Assembly: GCA_016188915.1 (NCBI GenBank)
Contig: JACPGU010000001.1
Coordinates: 1 to 32,110, forward strand
From: Candidatus Microgenomates bacterium
Lineage (GTDB): Bacteria; Patescibacteriota; JACPGU01
Direction: 5' to 3'
Length of the DNA: 32,110 nt
The position numbers and the translations under genes are program-made. The notes beneath the pieces were generated by a model. That model saw only the letters and a list, made by a program, of their open reading frames with translations. It ran no database searches and was not told the origin of the DNA. Shown piece after piece: positions 9,205-15,963 of the stretch; the stretch's first letter is position 1; every line of letters starts with the position of its first letter.

Positions 9205-9233
9205 AATATAGCACAATAGGGCAGGCTTGTCAA
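9205..9233 (-). promoter_or_regulatory. sigma70 promoter of the orphan ncRNA
   Basis: Minus strand TTGACA-17 bp-TATATT with extended TGn. Confidence 0.8.
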
Positions 9234-9354
9234 CATAAAACTGTCTAATCTAAAAATAATTGCTTTATTTAGATAATAAAATATTGTGTCTAGACAATAT
9301 AATATAGCTTTTATCTAGGCTAGACAGATTATAAAAAGTATTATTTAGAGCGCC

Positions 9355-9363
9355 TGTGGATAA
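9355..9363 (-). promoter_or_regulatory. Consensus DnaA box (TTATCCACA)
   Basis: TGTGGATAA just before the mfd start codon. Confidence 0.5.
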
Positions 9364-9369
9364 CTTTTT

Positions 9370-12300
9370 ATGCATAGACAGAATATATTTTTAGATAGTG
9401 TCCATTCTAGTATTTTTTCTTCCGAAGAATTTGTCCAGGCAAAAAATAAATTAACTTTGTCTGGCGAAGTCTCTTGCGGAGAATTAGGGTATTTAGCCAA
9501 AGCACTTTTACTTTCTGCCATAATATCCACCGATTGGCAATCTGCCGCAATGTTGGTGGCCGATAGAAAAAAAATTGATTTTTACGAAAATATTTTTCAA
9601 AGTATTGGCTTTGATGACCATTTGATTTTTACGGAAGAAAACAAACCGAAAATATTGTCTCTTGAGGCAAAACCAAGATTTGTCATTCTATCTGCTGAAG
9701 ATATATTGTCTTCTGCTCTCACTCCTGACGAATATTTGGCCAAAATCATTACTCTGACAGCAGGGAAGAAACTGCCAAATGATTTCAGTAAAAAATTAAT
9801 CAATCTAGGCTACGAAAAAGTAAAAAAAGTGAACAGAGCAGGAGAATTTTCTTTTTCAGGAGATATTTGGGAAATAGGCACTTTCTCTGGTGTCTTTCGA
9901 CTGGAATTGTTCGGCTTTAATCTGGAAAAGATATTTTTTTATGCTTTTTTATCTGGTCAAAATAATGATTTATTACGAATAGATACCAAGGAACAGAAGA
10001 AAAAAATCACTATCGCGCCTCTTGCTGTTGGTGATGGAAATGGTTTGGTTTGGGATTTTTTGGCCGATCATTTACTTTTTATTGACGGCCGAGAAAATAT
10101 TAATATGGCTCTAACGAATTGGCTTGATTTGGCCACTAATAAAAAGCTGGCAATTTCTGCCAGCAAATTTTTTTCTAATCAAAAGAAGGTATTTTTAGAA
10201 ACTTTTTTAGTATCAGAGAAAGAGGGAATTAATTTTTCTTGGTTTGCTCCTCAAAAATATAATCGTGCTTTGGCCTCTTTTTTTACTGAAGTAAAAAATG
10301 ACATCAAAAGCAAAAAAGTTTTCATTTTGTCTTCTGAAAAAGAAAAAATAGAAAAGCTATTAACCCATCATAATGTTCCTTTTGTTTCTTGCAACGAAAC
10401 AGGAATGGGAGTAAGGGTTTTTGAAGGCAGCGCCGTGGAAGGGGTAGATGCCAAAAGCGCTTCGCTCAAAATTTTTACCGATGAAGAACTCTTCGGCTTA
10501 AAGAAGAAAAAGAAAAAGGTAAAATTTTCCGCTCTGACCAATTTGAAAATAGGGGAGCATATAGTACACGTTGATCATGGCATTGGCAAATTTACCGGCT
10601 TTGGCACTATTACGGTGGACAATATTTCCAGAGAATATATTTTTATAGAATACAATAAAGGAGATAAAATATATGTTCCATTGGATCAGGCAGATAAAAT
10701 AACAAAATATATTACTGTCGGTAATCAACCGCCAAATCTATCTAGTCTTTCTAGTGGTCAATGGCTAAAAATAAGGAGTAAGGTAGAAAAAAATGTAGAA
10801 CAAATAGCCAAAAATTTGCTAGAAACACAAGCGATGAGAGAAGACGGTAAAGACTTTTCTTATATTGATGACGCGTCTTACCAAAAAAAAATAGCCAATA
10901 CTTTCCATTACAAAGTCACGCCAGATCAAGAAAAAGCGATAGAAGATATTCTGGAGAATATGAAAGAAAAAAAACCGATGGACAGAATACTGGTTGGCGA
11001 TGTTGGCTATGGCAAAACAGAGGTAGCCGTGCGAGCCGCTTTAAGGGCAGTAGTGTCCGGGGGGCAAGTGGCTATTTTGGTGCCAACAACTATTTTGGCC
11101 GAACAGCACGCTCAAACTTTCATTGAAAGATTAAGTGATTTTGGTATAAAGATTGAATCTTTGTCTCGCTTTACTGATAGGGCGAGACAAAAAAAGATAT
11201 TGGACAGATTAAAAATGGGCGGAGTAGATATTGTTATCGGCACCCATAGGCTCCTGTCTCCTGACGTAAAATTCAAAAAATTAATGTTAGTAGTGATCGA
11301 TGAAGAGCAAAAATTTGGGGTAAAAGACAAAGAAAAATTAAAAGCTTTGCGTCGTGGAGTAGATATTTTGACAATGACAGCCACACCTATCCCTCGCACT
11401 CTTTATTTTGGTCTAAGCTCACTGAAAGACATCAGCCTAATCGCTACTCCGCCAGAAGGGAGAAAACCTATCAAAACAATGGTGGCGCGCTATGATGATG
11501 AGATTATTAAAGAGGTTGTCAACAAAGAAATAGCGCGCGGTGGACAAATTTATTTTGTCCATAATAGGGTAGAGACTATAATAGCCTACAAAAATTATCT
11601 TCAGAGGCTTTTGCCAAAGGTAAAAATAGCTATCGGTCATGGCCAGATGTCAGAAAAAGATTTGGCTAGAGCCATTAACGATTTTGCAGCCGGCAAATAT
11701 GATATGTTGCTTTGTAGCACTATTATAGAGTCTGGGCTGGACATTTCTTCGGTTAATACTTTGATTATTGATCGTTCTACTCATTTGGGCTTGGCGCAGC
11801 TTCACCAATTACGCGGGCGTATTGGTAGAGGAGCTGTTCAGGCTTTTGCTTATTTTCTTTATAAAGAAGAAGATTTGCGAGGTAACGCGGAAAAAAGATT
11901 GAAAAGTATTGTGGAGAAAGGAGAATTGGGCTCTGGCTATGAATTATCGCTGGAGGATTTGGATATCAGGGGGTCCGGTAATATTTTAGGGCAAGAACAG
12001 CATGGCAGTATGCAGATGGTGGGAGTGGGCTATTATATGCGTCTCCTGGAAGAAGCCGTAGAAAGAATACGAGACAATAAATCAAAAAATATCAGTCATG
12101 ATTTTGATATAAAGATAGATTTACCGCTATCTGCCTTTATCCCCGATGATTTTTACAAGGGAAGCAATGAAGGCGAGAGTGAAAAAATCCGTGCCTATCA
12201 AAATATTGCTGATGCCGAAGACGAAGATGATTTGGCAGAATGCCTAGACAAATTCAAAAAAAACAAAGCAGAAATCCCGGCAGAGATATATCATTTGCTG

Positions 12301-12582
12301 GATGTGGCAAAAATAAAAATACGCGCTCGCGCCATTGGGCTCAAATCTGTTATTACTAAAGATTTAGAAAATATCTCCGGAAGAAAAAATAAAAAGCTCT
12401 ATCTGGACTTTGATCACATTTTGTCTCGCGATGAGATTCATGTCCTTTTTCTAGTAAGCGCCGATTGGCATTTTGGTAATACTCAAGCTAAAATAGATCT
12501 GGAAAGACTTGGCAGGAATAATGACTGGCTTCCCAGATTTTTAACAATTCTGGACAGATTAAAAGATTTGGCAAAAAAATAG
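9370..12582 (+). CDS. mfd: Transcription-repair coupling factor (divergent N-terminus)
   Basis: CarD-like VHVDHGIG, helicase motifs GDVGYGKT, DEEQKFG, TATPIPRT and QLRGRIGRG, TRG motif, TRCF C-terminus. Confidence 0.95.
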   Translation: MHRQNIFLDSVHSSIFSSEEFVQAKNKLTLSGEVSCGELGYLAKALLLSAIISTDWQSAAMLVADRKKIDFYENIFQSIGFDDHLIFTEENKPKILSLEAKPRFVILSAEDILSSALTPDEYLAKIITLTAGKKLPNDFSKKLINLGYEKVKKVNRAGEFSFSGDIWEIGTFSGVFRLELFGFNLEKIFFYAFLSGQNNDLLRIDTKEQKKKITIAPLAVGDGNGLVWDFLADHLLFIDGRENINMALTNWLDLATNKKLAISASKFFSNQKKVFLETFLVSEKEGINFSWFAPQKYNRALASFFTEVKNDIKSKKVFILSSEKEKIEKLLTHHNVPFVSCNETGMGVRVFEGSAVEGVDAKSASLKIFTDEELFGLKKKKKKVKFSALTNLKIGEHIVHVDHGIGKFTGFGTITVDNISREYIFIEYNKGDKIYVPLDQADKITKYITVGNQPPNLSSLSSGQWLKIRSKVEKNVEQIAKNLLETQAMREDGKDFSYIDDASYQKKIANTFHYKVTPDQEKAIEDILENMKEKKPMDRILVGDVGYGKTEVAVRAALRAVVSGGQVAILVPTTILAEQHAQTFIERLSDFGIKIESLSRFTDRARQKKILDRLKMGGVDIVIGTHRLLSPDVKFKKLMLVVIDEEQKFGVKDKEKLKALRRGVDILTMTATPIPRTLYFGLSSLKDISLIATPPEGRKPIKTMVARYDDEIIKEVVNKEIARGGQIYFVHNRVETIIAYKNYLQRLLPKVKIAIGHGQMSEKDLARAINDFAAGKYDMLLCSTIIESGLDISSVNTLIIDRSTHLGLAQLHQLRGRIGRGAVQAFAYFLYKEEDLRGNAEKRLKSIVEKGELGSGYELSLEDLDIRGSGNILGQEQHGSMQMVGVGYYMRLLEEAVERIRDNKSKNISHDFDIKIDLPLSAFIPDDFYKGSNEGESEKIRAYQNIADAEDEDDLAECLDKFKKNKAEIPAEIYHLLDVAKIKIRARAIGLKSVITKDLENISGRKNKKLYLDFDHILSRDEIHVLFLVSADWHFGNTQAKIDLERLGRNNDWLPRFLTILDRLKDLAKK

Positions 12583-12602
12583 GTATAAAAGTAAATACTT
12601 TT

Positions 12603-13703
12603 ATGGATTCCCAGGAAGTTTTTTATAGATTAGGCTTTGCTTTGATTCCCCAGATTGGCGCTGGCCGTGGACGCAAACTTTTGAATTTTTTCGGTTCGGC
12701 CCAAAAAGCTTGGAAGGCCGATTACGTCGACTTGCTCCAAGCGGGGCTAGAGGATGTTGCCGCCAAAGAATTAGCAGCAGGGAGAAAGCTGTTAGATCTG
12801 GGTAAAAAGATGACAGAAGTAAAAAGTTTTGGTATTCGTTTGGTTTTGCTGGAAGATGAAGAATACCCAAAGCTTTTACGGGAGATTTACAATCCTCCCT
12901 TGCTTCTTTTTGTGCGTGGACAAATTATCGATGCCGATCATTACGCGGTAGCAATAGTAGGGTCGCGTCGTTTTAGCGAGTATGGTCGACAAGCGACAGC
13001 CGATATTGTTTCACATTTGGCCGAAAACCAGGTGACGGTGGTTTCTGGATTGGCCTTGGGGATAGACAGCTTTGCCCACCAGACAGTTTTGAAAAATCCC
13101 AATGCCAGAACAATAGGGGTTTTAGGCTGTGGCATTGATGATTTGACCATATACCCTTCTGAAAATAAGAATTTGGTTCATCGTATCATAGAAGGTAGAG
13201 GAGCTATCGTTTCTGAATATCCTCCAGGCACCCCACCTCTAAAGCAGCACTTTCCGGCCAGAAATCGTATTGTTTCGGGATTGTCCCAGGGAGTAGTGGT
13301 AGTGGAAGCATCTAGCACTTCCGGCTCGCTAATTACCGCGCGGCATGCATTAGAGCAGGGGAGAGATGTTTTTGCCGTGCCGGGCAATATCTATCACAAA
13401 AATGCCGCAGGACCGAATAGTTTGATAAAATTAGGCGCTAAATTGGTGGAAAAGCCGGAAGATATTTTGGAAGAATTAGACTTGCGACAATTATCAAATC
13501 GAGTGGCAGTACAAAAAATGATACCAGAAAATCTTGACGAGCAAAAAATTTTAAGTTTTTTAGAAATAGAACAATTGCATATTGACAGATTGGTAGAATT
13601 ATCAAAACTTTCCATCAATGATCTCAATCCGCTTTTGGTGACGATGGAGATGAAGGGGCTGGTTCGCGATATGGGAGGAGGAAATTATATCGCGGTGAGA
13701 TAA
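12603..13703 (+). CDS. dprA: DNA-processing protein DprA
   Basis: AIVGSR, VSGLALGID, FPARNRIVSGLS and GSLITA motifs; C-terminal winged helix. Confidence 0.96.
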   Translation: MDSQEVFYRLGFALIPQIGAGRGRKLLNFFGSAQKAWKADYVDLLQAGLEDVAAKELAAGRKLLDLGKKMTEVKSFGIRLVLLEDEEYPKLLREIYNPPLLLFVRGQIIDADHYAVAIVGSRRFSEYGRQATADIVSHLAENQVTVVSGLALGIDSFAHQTVLKNPNARTIGVLGCGIDDLTIYPSENKNLVHRIIEGRGAIVSEYPPGTPPLKQHFPARNRIVSGLSQGVVVVEASSTSGSLITARHALEQGRDVFAVPGNIYHKNAAGPNSLIKLGAKLVEKPEDILEELDLRQLSNRVAVQKMIPENLDEQKILSFLEIEQLHIDRLVELSKLSINDLNPLLVTMEMKGLVRDMGGGNYIAVR

Positions 13704-13727
13704 GAATTTCCCAGTTTCCGGAAACCG

Positions 13728-13763
13728 GACAGCAAAAAGCCCCCGGGGAGGGGACTTTCTTGT
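13728..13763 (-). terminator. Terminator downstream of the RT gene; direct-repeat copy 1
   Basis: Minus strand AAGTCCCCT-CCCC-GGGGGCTT-TTTG; 35/36 identical to 15331-15366. Confidence 0.75.
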
Positions 13764-13810
13764 TGGAGGATGTCTATGATTCCAGTAGTGAGATAGCCCA
13801 CGGAGCGATT

Positions 13811-15046
13811 TCACTGGGGTTTTGTATCGGAAAGGGGGATGGCCTTCAAATAATAAGGCTTAGCGCCAGTCATTTTCAGGAAATTAGCCATTGGTCGGCG
13901 CAATCTAGACGGCAAAAGTTTTGGCGGGAAAATACGACAGATGTGCGCCGTAATTCCCATGGCCGAACGAGACAGCTTTTCGTCGCCGGGATTCTGATAA
14001 GCGCTATGCAAAATCGCCCGAAAACGATCCTGATCCTTTCTTCGTAGGGTAATCTGTCGCCCTTCCAGCATCCTGACCGTTTGTATTGGCGGCCAATCAA
14101 TTTTCACGCGAAGACTCAAGCCCAACATTCTCGGCGAGCATTTATTTAAACGATAGTAGTGGATCTTTCCTCTGTTCACCGAGAAGGTATTGGGTTTTGC
14201 CTCTATCGCCGTCACAACTTTCTCTCGCACTTTTTTCGGGATAGGCTGATTGGACGAGATAATAATGTCGTCAGCGTAGATAGTGATAATCGGATGCTTG
14301 ATGCCATTATTTTCAAGAGCGAGATGGATTTTTTTGATTAGTCCGTCAGCATAGGTGGCGTAGACAAAAAAATCCGGAGAAGTAGGGGCGCCCTTGGGAA
14401 GAGAGTCTTTGTCGGTAATCAAGTCCACTACGGCAACAGTAAATTCATAGAGCAAATAAGTCAGATGACGATTGAGCTTGTACTGGAGAAAGTATCGGTG
14501 AAATCGACCACGAAGAAATTCTGCTTCGACATCTACGATAGATTGTCGATGCAAGAAGTGATTGCTGATGCTGGCATTAAATCGACCGCAGAGACTTTTG
14601 GAAAAAAGCTTACTTTTCTGAAACATGCTCTCCCGCCAAAGAATGCGCATCAAGGCAGGGAAGCATATTGTTATCAGAAAGTTTCTTTTTGTTGATCCGA
14701 AAGCGTTTTTCAGGTCTAGCTTGAAAAAGTATTCAGAGTCAGCGTGCGGATGGACTGCAGTCAAGATTGATTTGTTTCGCAAAAATCCATGAAAGCGATA
14801 GTAATGGTGGGTATTTGGATCAAATTTCTGAAAGACAAAATTGTCCATAAGTCTCAAGCCTATTATCCTGTGAAGCCGTTCCTGCACTACTTTCAGAATG
14901 GGAGTGGGTACCGAAATAGTATGCTTGCCCAATTTGTGGCTTCGGTAACGATCTTCGAGCAAAAGGATCTCAATGTATTCTTCTGGCGTAATATCCAGGA
15001 CTCGGCAAAGTAGTCGTTCTCCTTCAAGCAAACCTCTCTGGTCCAT
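13811..15046 (-). CDS. Reverse transcriptase, retron-like but divergent
   Basis: ISVPTPILKVVQERL, HGFLRNKSILTAVHPH (region X-like), LDLKNAFGS (first catalytic Asp and steric-gate F), LPKGAPTSP, YADD, VNRGK and MLGL (region Y-like); SD AAGGTGG upstream. No fused maturase, Cas1 or nuclease domain is visible. Confidence 0.9.
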   Translation of the reverse strand: MDQRGLLEGERLLCRVLDITPEEYIEILLLEDRYRSHKLGKHTISVPTPILKVVQERLHRIIGLRLMDNFVFQKFDPNTHHYYRFHGFLRNKSILTAVHPHADSEYFFKLDLKNAFGSTKRNFLITICFPALMRILWRESMFQKSKLFSKSLCGRFNASISNHFLHRQSIVDVEAEFLRGRFHRYFLQYKLNRHLTYLLYEFTVAVVDLITDKDSLPKGAPTSPDFFVYATYADGLIKKIHLALENNGIKHPIITIYADDIIISSNQPIPKKVREKVVTAIEAKPNTFSVNRGKIHYYRLNKCSPRMLGLSLRVKIDWPPIQTVRMLEGRQITLRRKDQDRFRAILHSAYQNPGDEKLSRSAMGITAHICRIFPPKLLPSRLRRPMANFLKMTGAKPYYLKAIPLSDTKPQ

Positions 15047-15104
15047 CTAGCCACCACCACCTTTCTGCCGGGATTTTTTTGAGCGAGATTTTAATATGCG
15101 AAAA

Positions 15105-15291
15105 GAAAAAAAAGGAGGGGGCAAGCAAACGCACCTTTTTTGAAACCACCCGCTACCCGCGCGAGCGGAAAGTTCCGGGGGAAATGCCGGTCCTTATAAA
15201 ATCCGTCGCAGGAAGCCCGCGACGACCCCTTTGGGGCTGGGGAGACAAATAGCACTCATCCCTTTTTCTGAGTTCTTGTCGCCCCCTCCAT
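15105..15291 (-). ncRNA. RT-associated structured ncRNA (msr/msd-like)
   Basis: Terminal inverted repeat GGAGGGGGC/GCCCCCUCC (15281-15289 / 15114-15122) encloses four stem-loops with minus-strand G-U pairs. It starts ~7 nt after a -10 box, ends in a U tract, and lies directly upstream of the RT gene. Confidence 0.75.
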
Positions 15292-15296
15292 AGAGT

Positions 15297-15325
15297 ATTT
15301 TACAAAAAAGACGATAAAATAGCAA
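15297..15325 (-). promoter_or_regulatory. sigma70 promoter of the RT-associated ncRNA
   Basis: Minus strand TTGCTA-17 bp-TAAAAT; +1 would fall at the 5' arm of the closing stem. Confidence 0.7.
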
Positions 15326-15330
15326 CTTCA

Positions 15331-15366
15331 GACAGCAAAAAGCCCCCGAGGAGGGGACTTTCTTGT
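15331..15366 (-). terminator. Terminator after the small ORFs; direct-repeat copy 2
   Basis: Minus strand AAGTCCCCT-CCTC-GGGGGCTT-TTTG; 35/36 identical to 13728-13763. Confidence 0.75.
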
Positions 15367-15381
15367 CAGGGGGGGTCGGTT

Positions 15382-15585
15382 TTACCGCTTGATTCTTTTG
15401 ATTATTGGAGAGCCAACGTGGGCCATTCTCCTGCTGTTGCATTTGGGGCAAGGGGCCTTGGTAAAAGGGATATTGAAGCCGAGGAACCGTCTTAAGACAA
15501 AATAGGTACCTTGGCAGGCGGTACATTTCGTCTGTTGCCGAGTAAGTGGCGGAGTGAATTGTACCAGGGGATTTTTTGGTATCAT
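15382..15585 (-). CDS. Small basic zinc-ribbon protein (hypothetical)
   Basis: CTAC...CPKC (two CxxC), SD GAGGTG upstream, followed by a terminator. Confidence 0.65.
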   Translation of the reverse strand: MIPKNPLVQFTPPLTRQQTKCTACQGTYFVLRRFLGFNIPFTKAPCPKCNSRRMAHVGSPIIKRIKR

Positions 15586-15598
15586 GGCTTCACCTCTT

Positions 15599-15835
15599 TC
15601 ATTGATCTAAGAATTTTCGAATAGTCTTTTCTGCGGTGGCCAAGTCATCTCCTGGTTTGATCAGCTTTCTCAGACCATTGGGCAGTGGCCCTCCTCTTTT
15701 GAATCGACCATTCCATAATGCCTGAGCGCGGTCAAGGCCGGTAGTTTTCATACTAATGTCGACCTCTATTTTTTTACCGCGCCGACATATTTTCTGCCAA
15801 AAGTCAAGGAACATCTTGGCGACTTTTTTTCCCAT
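15599..15835 (-). CDS. Small basic hypothetical protein
   Basis: 78 aa, SD GAGGTGG, downstream of a sigma70 promoter; 13 nt from the zinc-ribbon ORF. Confidence 0.6.
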   Translation of the reverse strand: MGKKVAKMFLDFWQKICRRGKKIEVDISMKTTGLDRAQALWNGRFKRGGPLPNGLRKLIKPGDDLATAEKTIRKFLDQ

Positions 15836-15880
15836 AGTCCACCTCGGAGTGTTTTTTTGAGCTGTTAAGGAAGCGTCTAT

Positions 15881-15909
15881 ATCTTAGCTCTTGCCACAAC
15901 TTTTTTCAA
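15881..15909 (-). promoter_or_regulatory. sigma70 promoter of the two small ORFs
   Basis: Minus strand TTGAAA-17 bp-TAAGAT. Confidence 0.6.
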
Positions 15910-15925
15910 TAGGAAGCTTGATTTT

Positions 15926-15955
15926 TTGACAAAGGGCGGGAGGATAGTGTAAAGT
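15926..15955 (+). promoter_or_regulatory. topA promoter (probably leaderless)
   Basis: TTGACA-18 bp-TAAAGT, 8 nt before the ATG. Confidence 0.55.
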
Positions 15956-15963
15956 GGGCGAGT

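Noticed and set aside
13811-15046. RT as part of a diversity-generating retroelement, group II intron or CRISPR locus
   Set aside because: No TR/VR repeat pair with adenine-specific mismatches, no avd, no intron domain V/VI or maturase domain, and no cas genes or array in the window.
15194-15526. 110-aa minus-strand ORF spanning the zinc-ribbon gene and ncRNA
   Set aside because: Overlaps a better ORF that has an SD, and runs through a terminator, promoter and structured RNA.
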